NCBI GenBank assembly: GCA_024679065.1
Contig: JAGIQG010000013.1
Coordinates: 46,004,001 to 46,068,000 of the forward strand
Length of the DNA: 64,000 nucleotides
Source: Sphyrna mokarran
Lineage: Eukaryota
Direction: 5' to 3'
In this document: positions 50,701 to 63,130 of the stretch, piece by piece
How the letters are laid out: each line of letters starts with the position of its first letter
Numbering within the stretch: the first letter of the stretch is position 1
The notes under the pieces: generated by a model
Told to the model about the DNA's origin: nothing
Databases searched by the model: none
The model's input: only the letters and a program-made list of their open reading frames with translations
Position numbers and translations under genes: made by a program

Positions 50701-51013
50701 ACAATGCCCAACTGGGCTTGTGTGTGAGCTGTACATGATCTGTCATCACTTGGCAATTTGCTTCCTCTATTTTGTAACCTCTGACCATGCTCTGTTGAAG
50801 CACAAACTTATGAGAATGGAATTTCATGCCTGTATGAACATGTTTTCCTCAGAGAAACTTTAAAAAAAACAGCCATTTTACAACAAAGGTTTCTGTATTA
50901 TAGATTTAGTTCTGAGATCATGAGGAGTTGGGCATTGCACTGTTCATCTAATCTCAGATGAGAAGAATTTGATTTTTCCACAAGTATGGCCAAAATGTGT
51001 CACTAAAAACATG

Positions 51014-51610
51014 GGCCAGGATTTTATGGCCCTTCCTGCCCAGTAGGATATTATGATTCTGCTGGACTGAATTTATTTTATTCATTCAACAGGACGTGGA
51101 TTAGACCAGCAATTATTGTCCACCCCTAGTTCACAAGGCGATGGTGCCTTCTTGAATCACTGTAGACTCTGTGGTGTAGGTACAACTACACTGCTGTCAG
51201 CAAGGGAATATCAGGATTTTGATCCAGTGACAATGACAAAACAGTGATATATTTCCAGCTCTGGATGGTGAATGACATGGATGGGAGCCTCCAGGTGGTG
51301 GTGTTCCCAGGTATTTGCTGCTACTGTTTTTGTAGATAGTAGTGCTTGTAGATTTGGGAGGTGCTGCCTATAGCACCTTGGGAGTTCCTGCAGTGCATTT
51401 TGAAGATGGTACACACTGCTGCCACTGTTCATCAGTGGTAAAAGGATTGTGTGTTTGTGGAAAGGATAGCAATCAAGTGGGCTGTTTTGTCTCGGATGGC
51501 ATCAAGCTTCAGGAGAGTTGTTGGGGCTACACTCAAGGAGATGAAAATTTAAATGGCTTGCCGCATCCACCTGGGTAGACAGACTTTGGTGGTGCTATAA
51601 AATCCTGGCC
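51014..51610. mobile_element. MITE with 17-bp TIR and ATG TSD, carrying a nested minus-strand CR1 fragment (~51065-51535)
   Basis: ggccaggattttatggc ... gctataaaatcctggcc; atg on both flanks. Confidence 0.85.
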
Positions 51611-51944
51611 ATGGCTTCAGCAGCTGTTAACTTACATCGGACAAAAAGACGTGGAGTGAACTTACATTGAAATGTGAAATTAGTAGATAATGAGTGAATA
51701 ATGAAGGATTATTTAGAAAAGAATATCAACTGACAATGCTAAGACTATCCCTTGTTTTGAGTACAGCCTAATAAAATTATGAAAAGTGGGTGAAAGGAGA
51801 ATTCTGTGACAATAGCCACTTTGGTAATATGTACTTGCATGCATTATAATTTACAGGTCTTCAGCACAGCAAGACTTAACACCACGTTATATTGTATTTG
51901 GAACCAAAGATTGTGTTGTATCCACTGTTAGAAGGAAGATTTTC

Positions 51945-52254
51945 AAGAAAGGAGATGTGATGATATGTACATGCATGTAGTATAATTTTAAGCGCTTAGC
52001 AAAACATGTATAAATATGGAATTGGAGTGTGGCACCACCCACAGCGTGATGTATGCAGTCACATGGTCAGAGAAAAGTTGAGAAGAACACTTTGTAAGCA
52101 GCTAGCCTGTATAGTGGGAACAAAATCATGCAAAACTATGTTCAGGACAATAGTTAAAGCCCAACAGCAAAGGTGTTTTTGCTTAAACACATGAGCTTCA
52201 GGATCTGATTGATGAGTCAGCACCATAGCAGCAGAAAGAAGCTATATTACGACA
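51945..52254 (+). mobile_element. Polypurine tract + Gypsy-type 3' LTR
   Basis: aagaaaggaga immediately followed by TGTGATGATATG ... attacgACA. Confidence 0.6.
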
Positions 52255-52339
52255 ATTATCACTTAGAAGAGTGGGTGAAGAGGAATGTGAGGCAGTGACC
52301 ACCAACTAGGATCCTGAGAGAGGAACAGCTGGGTTATTA

Positions 52340-53240
52340 AGAGCTTCTCCGGAGTCTTCAACATATCATTGATGACGATGAACATCTCGCTAGGGCCATC
52401 CCCACCCCCCCACTTCTTGCTTTCAGACAACCGCACAACCTCAAACAGATCATTGTTCGCAGCAAACTACCCAACCTTCAGGAGAACAGTGACCACAATA
52501 CCACACAACCCTGCCACAGCAACCTCTGCAAGACATGCCGGATCATAGACATGGACGACATCATCAAACGTGAGGATACCATTCACCAGGTGCACGGTAC
52601 ATACTCTTGCAACTCGGCCAACGTTGTCTACCTAATACGTTGCAAGAAAGGATGTCCCGAAGCATGGTATATTGGGGAGACCATGCAGACACTACGACAG
52701 CGGATGAATGAGCATCGCTCAACAATCACCAGGCAAAACAGTTCCCTTCCTGTGGGCGAACACTTCAGCAGTCATGGGCATTCGGCCTCCGACCTGCGGG
52801 TAAATGTTCTTCAAGGGGGCTTTCGTGATACACGACAGCGCAGAGTCGCTGCAACAGAGACTGATAGCCAAGCTCCGCACACATGAGGACGGTCTTAACA
52901 GGGATCTTGGCTTCATGACACACTATCTGTAACCCCCGTAACTTGCCTGGGTTAGCAAAAAACCTCACTTACTGTGCTGTCTGGAGAAAATACACAATTC
53001 TCTAACAATGCTCAGGATCCCCTTCACACACATTGTTAGCCACTTTAACACTTGAATAGCAGGTTAGATGTAAGGATTCGCATTCTAATCAGCAATCTCT
53101 GACTGTCTGTGCTGATGTGTGCTATTGCAGACCAGAACACTGCACTTGCCTGAGGAAGACACGGGAGTGTTGAAAGCTCGCTTTTTTACTATCAAATAAA
53201 TCGGTTGGATTAATAATTGGTGTTGCTAAATTCTTACTGA
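52340..53240 (+). mobile_element. Penelope-like element 3' part (linker + GIY-YIG + 3' terminus with hammerhead core)
   Basis: PPLLAFRQPHNLKQIIVRSKL, PCHSNLCKTC, YSCNSANVVYLIRCKKGCPEAWYIGETMQTLRQRMNEHR; one frameshift near 52855. Confidence 0.93.
53150..53179 (+). ncRNA. Putative minimal (type I, dimer-dependent) hammerhead ribozyme core
   Basis: CTGAGGA-A-GACAC-GGGA-GTGTT-GAAA-GCTC: conserved boxes, stem II with a GNRA loop, palindromic AGCT stem III, UC cleavage site. Confidence 0.6.
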
Positions 53241-53549
53241 GTTCTTATTAAGAGCGACAGAGGAACAATGGGGCCACTAACAATGGAAAAAAACATTGGG
53301 CCATTCACAGCAACAGGAGAGCAATGTGGCCATTAACAATGAGGGGCCAGCATCACCCTCATAAGGCTGCCACAACATTTTATGAATCCCAGGGAAAGAG
53401 GCCCTCTGAGAAGGGGAAAGTAGATTGGTAGGAGGGCATGTCTGTCCCAGGCCCATACAGCTGAACCTGGTTTCCAGACATCTTGGACCTCTTGCCATTG
53501 GAGCAGGCCTTGTTTTATCAAGCTGATGTGATAGTTGGTATGCAATAGC

Positions 53550-55496
53550 AACCCCACATTAAAAGAGCTTAGACACAGGCATCTTCCAACTCTTACAACT
53601 AGAATGTCAGGACCCACATGGTGATCCTCTCAGCAACAGACTGAAACAGCTTACTGTTATTGTTGTCCAGAATCTCAAGCGTTTCAACATTTTCAACACT
53701 GTCCTTAGTGAAACTCAATGCTCAGGGGAAAAGCCACATTGAGGAACAAGGTGGCAATTACATTCTCCTGGAAATGTAAACCAGAAGAAAATCCTGATGT
53801 GACAGAGTTGGCTTTGGCATTAAAAACAAACTTGGTGTTCATGTCAGAGATTCCTCTTGTGGGATAAACAAATGTTTTCATGACTCTTCACCTCACCCTT
53901 GCCCAGACGCAGTGTGCTACAGTCCTTAGTGCCTACACACAAACACTGGAAGCTGCAGATGAATCAAAAAAGGAATTTTACTCCAGCCTCAAACAATCAT
54001 TGGCCCAAGAACCAACAGGCAACAAGCTGGTACTCCTTGGTGCCTTCTGTGACAGAGTTGGAAAGGACACAGATTTCTAGGGAGTTGTAGTTCTTGCTAC
54101 AATGCTCCATCTCAGCCTCAGCAAGCTCCCCACTGGATTGGAGCTAAAGTAAAGAACGGGAATCTTCACCACCTGCAGGCCAAATCCAAACTCAACCTCT
54201 GTAATTTTTTCACAATGCATAGTCAAAAGCATCGTCTGCACACAATTGGAACCCAAGCTCGAAGCCATCATCAACACCTACACCTAGGGATATGACAGCA
54301 TGGGCCCTACAGTAAATATCCATAAGACAAAGGTCCCCAACCAACCTGTCCTCGCTGCACAGCACAGTCCCCTTAGTTATCAAAATCCATGACAAGGCTT
54401 TGGACAGTGTGGATCACTTTCCATAACTTGCAAGCTTACTGACAACAAGGGTAGACATTAAGCACGAGATTCAGCACTGTCTTCAGTGTGCCAGCACAGC
54501 TTTTAGTCACCTGAAGAAGGAAGTGTATCAGGTCCTCAGTCCTGGCATCAAGCTCATGATCTACAGAACAATAATGATACCAACTCTCCTAAATCGCTCA
54601 GAGACTAGGATTATGTACATCAGGCTCCTCAAAACCCTGTAAAGAACCACAGCATTACCTGTTCAAAGTCCTGAAAATCCATATCAGGAAAGGAGCATCA
54701 ACATCAGCGATTTCCTTCAAGACAACATCTCCAGCATCTAAGCATTGATCATAGCTGATTTGCTCCACTGGTGGGCCATTTTGCTCATATGCTTGACACT
54801 AGACTCCTGAAACATGTGCTCTACTCAGAGTTTCGACAGAGTGAATGAGCCACAGTAAGGCAGAGGAAATGCTTCACGGACACCTTTAAAGCCTTCTTGT
54901 AAAAGTGCAACATCTCCACTGACACCTGGGAATCCCTGGCACAAGATCACCTATGTTGGAGACAAACAAGTTGAACACCTCGGGTTTCATCACCAAGAGG
55001 AAGCTAAAGCTAAAAGACATCAATGAAAAGACATTTGGCAACCTGAGCACTCATTCCCACCTGGTCATCCATCTGCCCCGCCTGTGACAGAGAATGTAGG
55101 TCACTCATTGGACTCCTCAGTCAATTGAAATCTCATTTTAATTGCAGAAGACAGTCTTCCTCTCATTGGACAGTCATTGGGGTGCACAGCGGCAGAGTAG
55201 TTAGCACTGCTGCCTCACAGCGCCGCAGACCTGGGTTCAATTCCAGCAACGGGTCACTGTCTGTGCGGGTTTCCTCCGAGTGCTCTGGTTTCCTCCAACA
55301 CTCCAAAATTAGGTAGACTGGCCATGCTAAATTGCCCCATAGTATTAGGGGGACTAACAGGGTAAATAAATGGGGTTAAGGGGATGCGGCCTGGGTGGGA
55401 TTGTGATTGGTGCAGACTTGATGGGCCAAAGTCCTCCTTCTGCACTGTAGGGGTTCTATACTCGACTCTGAGGGACTTCCTAGGATGAAAAAGAAT
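53550..55496 (+). mobile_element. RTE/BovB-like LINE, internally deleted, with a SINE inserted in its tail
   Basis: APE motifs (NVRT, LSETQ, VGFGIKN, ATVLSAYTQTLEAADESKKEFYSSL, LLGAFCDRVG); RT C-terminus; terminal CPACDRECRSLIGLLS; tail ctcgactctgagggact. Confidence 0.88.
55179..55460 (+). mobile_element. HE1-type SINE
   Basis: gttagcactgctgcctcacagcgcc..gggttcaattcc; gggtttcctccgagtgctctggtttcctcc; tail ctgcactgtaggggttctat. Confidence 0.93.
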
Positions 55497-55803
55497 AAAA
55501 TTAATCAAGACATCAGGAGTCCTACTGTATCACAATAATTCAGCCACAGACTAACCTCCATATCACACAGTTTCACTGCTGTGCACTCGTCCTTCATTAT
55601 AAATACACAAGGTCTGAGAGTCTGTTTACTTTTGCAGAATTGTGATAAGCTCTATATATTTCAGGAACTTAAATTGAAAATTTAACTGCATAAATCTGCA
55701 TATCACCATGTGAACAAAATCATCCCGTGTTTCATTCAATTGTTAGGTCTATTTTGATTTAAGCAGTGAGCAGAAGGCAGCACAACCTTGTCAAAATAAT
55801 CAG

Positions 55804-55822
55804 TGGCCACAAGATGGCAGAA
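55804..55822 (+). promoter_or_regulatory. Candidate CTCF binding motif
   Basis: TGGCCACAAGATGGCAGAA matches the CTCF core CCACNAGRKGGCRG in repeat-free sequence. Confidence 0.45.
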
Positions 55823-56494
55823 AACCCACATCTAATCAAAAATGGATCACCCCCGCCCTTAGATGAATTGTGGAGCTCAGATTTGTCCCAGGCGAGATGA
55901 GCTTGAGGCAAGTTTGTTTGGTGCATGTTCAATGTTGTAAGTTTCAAAGTTCTTTTTGAGAGCAATTTGTGCACTATCTAATCCTCACTTTTCTTTTGCA
56001 ATGATGATTCTGGCTCAAATTAAACTGTACTTCCTGATTTATATTTTGTTCAGCTGTAGGCAACAGGCGGCAGATCTCAAGTCTGTGTAATGTGTCAGAA
56101 AATCACAGGCTGTAACACTGCAGAAATTACAAGACATGAAAGGATTCAATGTTGAGTTATTAATCCAGTAAGAGTGCAGTCAATCAAACAGTAATTCACT
56201 TATTTTATGTGCCACCCTATAGCGACATCAGTTGCTTGCAGTGCGTAATTGCATCACTGCTGAAGAGATTTGTTCCCACGCAACATAAAGGCAAAATCTT
56301 CAAGGGCTTGTCATCTGCCTCTATCATAGTTCTTTTTTCTTCAGTGTCTCTGCAGTTCCTTCTGAAATTGCTGACAGCTGCTGAGGTGTAGTTTACTCCC
56401 TTCCACTCACAGAAGAGCAGATTCATGGACAGATCATTCAATTACCAACAGGCCTCACAGATGAATCCAACCCTACCTTCAATCAATGTCCAAC

Positions 56495-56670
56495 AAATGC
56501 CCTTTCTAGCAGGGATCACTGAATAGCGAACGGAGCCAGGAACTGCAGCTGATTTTGCTCCTCTCAGGGAATACTAAACACATTCATAGCATTCTCATCA
56601 CTGACCCAGCTGAGACTGGCTAAGTCAGCAAAATATGGGGATCAAACCTCAGCAATTCTTGGTCTCTTGT
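56495..56670 (-). mobile_element. Ancient tRNA-derived SINE fragment
   Basis: cagctgagactggctaagtcagca..ggggatcaaacct (reverse complement B-box-like). Confidence 0.5.
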
Positions 56671-57624
56671 TACTGTGATTTGCGACACAAGGAAGAAGCT
56701 TTTCCTGACACTGTTTTATAGCCAACTAATAAACATGTTCATCATGCTGTTACTACTTTGCTACCAAAGGAAACAGAGGAAATGTTTTTTCCAATAACAT
56801 CTCAACTGCAGCACTCCAGAAGAATAAGCAAAGGAGGTTAAATGGAGCGACAGGGTTCAGCCACAGCTGTACCATATTCACTGAAAGAAGCTCAACAATA
56901 CAAAGGAAGCTTTGATCAGATCGCCTTTCTGGCTCTTGATTGAAAAATGCCCCCGCGCGAGGAGGATGAAAAGAAAAACACTGAAAAAGGAGAGCACATT
57001 AGCAATTTAAATGGATAAAGGAAGTTTTTTTTTTAAAAAAACCTAACTTGGTGTCTTACTGTTTACCAAGCTGCGTATGCCAGCAGAGAGTACAAACATA
57101 TATTCTACAGGGCTCTGACTGAGGCTCCCCTTGAAATGACACCATAGATGAAGTATGAGTGACCGGGCCCAGGAAAACTCATCTATTCAACTTCTCTTCC
57201 CATCCACGTGCTATCTGATACTTCTTAAAGTAACACAAAGGACAGGGACAGTTGCCTGAAGCATATATCTGCCAGTGCTCCTGCCTAGACGTAGCACAGT
57301 GATAGATAGCTGTAGCATATCTTCAAACCAATTGAAATTCAATTCATTTTTTGAACAACACCCTCAGGCCAATGAGAGTAAATTATTATTTCAGATCCTT
57401 TTGATTAATTCTTTTACCCTTGAGTACCAAAACTACATGCCTTCAAAACAAATTCCCCATGACTCACTTTGCATATATCTAAAGATGTTCCTTAAGGAAG
57501 GAGGGATCAGCTTGTCCCAGTGATCCAGTATGGATGATATTTTCATGAGTTCTTCGCATCTTGACATTCACAATGAGTGACATGTATGCCTGCTTATGAA
57601 CTAAAACTATCTTTGCTGTTACAG

Positions 57625-57767
57625 GCACCAGCAAATCTAGGGAGATGTGAAGAGCCAACATAAGTCCACCTCAGGTGAGGATCCTGAAGAAGCCACCTAG
57701 GAAGAACTGTCACTGCACACTCCTGCATTCTTCACCAGCGTAGTGACACACACCTCGGTGAGTCAGA

Positions 57768-57801
<34 letters not shown>

Positions 57802-58560
57802 CCTGCTGGAGAAAACGTCTCTGACATGTCTCCACAGCAGTTGGAAGCAGGAACAGCCCAGGTCTCCTGCATTCAGAGAGCTGCTGGAGATCAGTTACCC
57901 ACTCATTCAGAATTAGATGATCAATCTCTGTGATTTGCCAGATACAGTGCTGAAAATGCATATGTCACAGAACATTGGGCACAGACGTAACAGTCACTCA
58001 GCAGATTAGCATGAAGGATGGAGGACTCCATCTGCTTTCCTTCTGATGTTATAGCTCCAACATCTGAATGTCTCAAGGTCACTATGGAAAGGTTGGTGAC
58101 CACTATGGACATCTTGGTCTGATATGTTTTGCTGGATTTGGGTTCAGTCCTTGACTCCATAGTCACATATATTGGCAGGAATGAAGTGTGTCTAGGCAAT
58201 AAGGGATTGGAACATTTTGACCACCTTCTAGGTGCACTTTCTTCACAAGGTTTCAGGGAGCAGTCCTTGGGCATCCACTGAGGAAGAGCATCAGCTGACA
58301 TTCCCAGGTCTCCACTCAAGACACACCAAGGATGTCCAGCCATCCTTTCTGTCTGTGACCACATTCATTCCAGTTACTCTGACCAAGGAGGGTACATCTG
58401 CTTCTGAGCATGAGATCCTTAATCAGGCCAGGGCCCTCCAGGCCTGAGGCAACCAGAAGATGTCTGCCAAGTTCATCACAGATAGCAGGATGTAGCAGGT
58501 GGTGGCAGATTATCTCCACCTCTATTGCAGATATTGGGGCTGCACCAAAGACAGTGGTAG
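57625..58560 (+). mobile_element. Harbinger second ORF (Myb/SANT-type accessory protein) C-terminal remnant
   Basis: Acceptor ctttgctgttacag, then acidic/low-complexity and coiled-coil RMEDSICFPSDVIAPTSECLKVTMERLVTTMDILV; lies convergent to the transposase remnant. Confidence 0.5.
57768..57800. repeat. (CTCAGG)n hexamer microsatellite, ~5.5 units
   Basis: ctcaggctcaggctcaggctcaggctcaggctc. Confidence 0.9.
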
Positions 58561-59229
58561 GGTTAAAAATAATTAAGAAATACTGAAATCACTTTGGTTA
58601 TAGTTGTGCAACCACTTTATAAAGATTGCACTTTTGTTAATACCTTTTGTCTCATGTGAGAGGCTTGATCAATTAGAGACCTGTTTGTTTATATACATTA
58701 TCATCTTATTGTGAGATTTAACCTTCCTTGAGCTTCATGTGATATCAACTGTACTGAAGACAGTTGCCGGCTCTTTGTGTTTTGTCTGGTAGATGAGTTA
58801 AAATCTATATTAGAAATGTGTGCTACATGCATTTGTAATAGGTATCTGCTCATGATACTCCCTTGTATAAAGCAGCTCAGCATCCTTGAAGGACTAAAGA
58901 CAGTTGCATCTCCTCGGTGGTAATACCAAAGGACAAGACATAGACAAGAGGATGATATCCCCAATCATGTCCTCATCTCACTGGCTACTGTAATTTATCA
59001 TTAATGTGGTAACAACTGCATCAAGTTAGTGGACGCAATGTTCTGGTGTCAACTTTCACTCTCCAGAGCGAGTGCATATAAGGCTCACCACTGACTTTCT
59101 CAGAGGTCAGGCTAAAAGGTGTAGCTCTGAATGCTGAATTCAGTCTTAATGTGACTGTTTGAACATCACTCAATACAACAGAATGGCATTAAGGAATAGG
59201 AAGAATATGGTATCTTTTATTATCTTCAC

Positions 59230-60778
59230 TTTACTTCCCCTGTAATCTAGTGGCAATTAAAATAGCATAGGCATATCCTCTATGTTGTGCTTCCTTAATG
59301 GAGTCATCCCTTAGAAGCTTACCCCCATCATGCTCTTCAGGTTCCATGCCCTTCATCCTCCAAGGAGCTCTCATTCTGCTCAATTTCTCTCTCCGGCAAG
59401 GGCTCACCTCTTTGCAGCACCAGGTTATAAAGGACACAACACACAATGATGTGGGAGACCATGACTGAACATACAGCAGATTTCATCTAAACATTGGAAG
59501 CACACATTTAGGATGCCAATGGTCTGCTCAATTTTTGACTGTCTAGAGCTATGAACTGTGTTCTGACTCTCATCTGAAGAACTCTGAAACCAATACCAGG
59601 TGTCACAAGACAGCATTTCAGTGGGTACCCCTTATCTCTAAGTCATCATCCCAAAGATAATTAGTCTCTTTGAATATGTGAGGCAGTTGAGGATGACTCA
59701 GGATAGGTACTGCCCAGCCATGTCCCTGATAATTTGGGATTCCAATGGATTCAAAGCACAAGCATCAACCTCCTGCACCACTCCTCCTGGTCCCACATGG
59801 CCCCCTCCCCAAACCAGTGTGGCCATCATGCCTGGTCTCCATTTGTAAAGACCAGCAGTGATTCCTGCCAACTTCACATTGTAGAGCTGGATGAATCTGG
59901 CTAAAACCTGGAAATGCATATTTAAATTAAGATTAAAATATGCTGTTCTGATTCACACTCATGCTGTGTATAAACCAGAATATGCTGCCGGGGGGTGGGG
60001 GTGGTGGTGGGGGTGGTGGTGGTGGGAACAACCCCAAAAGGGGCTCTCCCTGGTGCAAATTACATAAGAGACCTTCTCACAAGATTCTCTGGCTATGAGT
60101 TGTGCGTCGACGCATGGGGCCAGAGAATTGCCCCCTTCCTTCATGACTCTTTGTGTGACCCTCCTTCTTATACCGCACCTACACCCTCTTCCCTATCACT
60201 CAATCTCCCTCTACCATCAACACCTCTGTCCCCCAACTCTTTGCAATGTCTTCTTGCCTTTTTACCCCCCCATTTGTTGGTTAACTTCCCCCCAGCCTCC
60301 TCTCCCGCAGTCACAATTCTGGTCTCTACTTGAATACAGTCCTGCCTCAGTACGACTGCACTGGAGCAGGAAGGCATTGCAAGGGGCTGGCAGTGAGAGA
60401 GAGGAGGAGGGGTGGGAGTGGGGGAGCACCCACCAAGAACAGACCAACTCTACACACCCAACAATGTCCACTGACATCACAATAAACCCAGCAGAACACT
60501 CCAGCAGGTAAACTATGTACGCTACACTCACTTCCATGTTATGAAAGAAGTGAACTCTGAATATTGCATGCCACTCTTTTTCAAACGTGACCCAGACTGG
60601 CATGAGTTTCTATTGGCATAATACAAGATTAGAAGGTGCCACATAAACAGCCAGTAAACAGTTGTCAGGAGCATCACAAACTTTAAACACCGGTGGAAAC
60701 CCAAATTTTTGACTCTCACCAAACTCTCCATTTCCACGTCATAAAACCCACCACAGGCAGGATGGGAAAATTCCACCC
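59230..60778 (-). mobile_element. PIF/Harbinger DDE transposase remnant and right terminus
   Basis: DKGYP at ~59623-59640; HSSRQSKIEQTIGILNVCFQCLD (cf. H..TRxxIEQTIGLLKxRFRCLD); VQEVDAC (cf. VQGxIDC); terminus gggaaaattccaccc at 60764-60778. Confidence 0.85.
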
Positions 60779-60949
60779 TTTGTGTTTCAGATTGAATCCT
60801 TCATCAGAACAGAATTCACACATGATGAATTTTCACTTGTATCAAGTCTGTTTCGTGTTTGTTGAGGAGACTTAATTTGACTGTAGGATGACCTGTTAAT
60901 AAATATTATCCTTTACATGATGTTGGCTTGCAAGCAGCTACAGTTTAAA

Positions 60950-63130
60950 GTGAAAATACCATTACTGCAATTAAGTGAGATTGACAAGTGGTGCATGGCA
61001 CTAATAAGGAATATAGAAAAGTATACGAAGAGCAGCGTACCAAGTATACTGAGAATGAGATGCCTGGTGAGGTTCCAGTGCAGAATACATGCATGTTAAA
61101 CCATAGATGCAGCATACTATAAACAGAGCTAAAGAATTCCACAACAAATCAATCCAAATAAAGCTCTGCCAGCTGTAAATGTGGACAATTAAACAATTCT
61201 CAGAAGGAGGTGGTCCATAAACATCATCATAATTAATAATGGCTGAGTTCAGGACATGAATACAAAAGATAAGGCTGAGGTGTTTGTCACAATCTTCAAC
61301 CAGAAGTGCTGAGTAGATGATCCAGTTTGGCCTCTTCCTGAGATCACCAACATCACAGATGCCAACATTTGATTTGCTTTGTATCATGTCAAGAAATGCA
61401 TAAGTGCATTGGATATAGCAATGATAATGAACCTTGAAACTACCTGGCTGTAGTGCTGAAGGCTTATGCTGCAGGTCTAGCCAAGCTGTTCCAGTACAGT
61501 TACAACACTGGCATCCATTTTATTATTTGGAAAATTGCCCAGGTGTGTTCTGCTCACAAAGAGTAGGACAAATGTAATTTGGCCAATTATAGTCCCATGA
61601 GACCACTCTCAATCATTAGCAAAATGGTGTTGTTGAAAGTGCAAATACGTGAAATTTTTACTCTCCAGTGATTGCTTGCTGATACTCTGAGTTCAGAAGG
61701 ACCACTTGGCACCAGACCTCATTACAACCTTGGTCCAAACATAGAGAAGAGAGGTGAAAATGACCGCTCTTTATATCAAAGCTGCGTTTGATTGAGTGTG
61801 GCATCATGGAGCTCTGGTAAAAAATGAAGTAATACAGTCACAGAATGGTTGCAACACAGAAAAATCTCTTTGCCATGGCTGGGCCAATTCTGTGAAAAAA
61901 ACACATCAGCCAGTCCACTTCCCAGTTCTTTCCCAATTGTCTGGTGAATTCCTTCTCCAATTCCCTTTTAAAGCTCTGATTACATCTTCCTCTATCATAC
62001 TGTCAAGTAGCACATGCCAGATTATAACCATTCTCTGCATGAAGAAGATTTTCTCTGTTGGTTCTTTTGCCAACCACACTAAATTGGTGTCCTAAGGATC
62101 ATAACCCTTCTGCCAGTCACTGGCATTTAGGAGAAGATTCTCCACAGCTGGAGTGATACTTAGTCCAAAAAAAAAGACAGTTATGGTTATCGAAGGCCAA
62201 TCATCACAACCCCATGATATGACTGGAGGAATTCTTACAGGAGTGACCTAGGATGAACTGTCTTCAGCTGCTTCATCAATGACCTTCCCTCCATCATAAG
62301 ATCAGAAGTGGGGATGGTCACAGATGATTGTACTGTGTCTGGTTCCATGCTGATCCACTCAGGTAATAAGGCAGTATATGTCTGTATGCAGCAAGAACTG
62401 GACAACATTCAGGCTTGGGTTGGTAAGTGGCAAATGACATTCAGGCCACAATAATATTAGCTAATATCCAAATCCAACTGGGCAGCATTACCATTGTTGA
62501 ATGCCCTACCATCAAGATCTCAGAGACTATCAACAACCAGAAACTAAACATGGGAAACCAAGTAAATACTGTTGCTATGATGATAGACTGGATATTCTGT
62601 GGTGAGTAACTCATGTTCTGACTCCCCACATCATTTCCACTATCCGCAAGGTACAACTCATGAATTTGTTGGAATGTTCTCCATTTCCCTGGACGAACAC
62701 AGCACCAACAACAAAGAGATTCAACATTATCCAGGACAAAACAGCCTGCTTAACTGGCACCCCATGCACCATCTTAAAGGTTCACTCCCTCCACCACAGA
62801 TGCACCATGATTGCATGGTTACAACCATATACAAGATTCATTGAAGCAACTCTTTTAACAGCATTTTCCAAACCTATGCTGGTTAGGATCCATTGTCACG
62901 AAGGACAAGGTCAGCAAGTGCATAGGAATACCATCACTGCAAATTTTCCACTATGTTACACACTATTATGATTTAGTAATATATCATCCTTTCATTGTTG
63001 CTCATCAAATTATGGAATCCCTCATAATTTGCACTGTGGATGGATTTATAATATGGCAGCTCACTATCATCTTCCCAAGGGCAAGAAGGGTTGGGTAAAG
63101 ATCTACCAATGATGCCCACATCTTATGAAT
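60950..63130 (+). mobile_element. Long decayed CR1-clade ORF2 + 3' end, interrupted by an opposite-strand CR1 tail (~61835-62115)
   Basis: WKIAQVCSAHK..NLANYSPMRPLSIISK, IKAAFD*VWH, FSCFINDLPSIIRSEVGMVTDDC, MQQELDNIQAW..KWQMTF. Confidence 0.9.

Noticed and set aside
55179-55250. tRNA-like sequence (A/B boxes), also at the other HE1 copies
   Set aside because: These are SINE heads, not tRNA genes; each continues into the SINE core and CR1-like tail.
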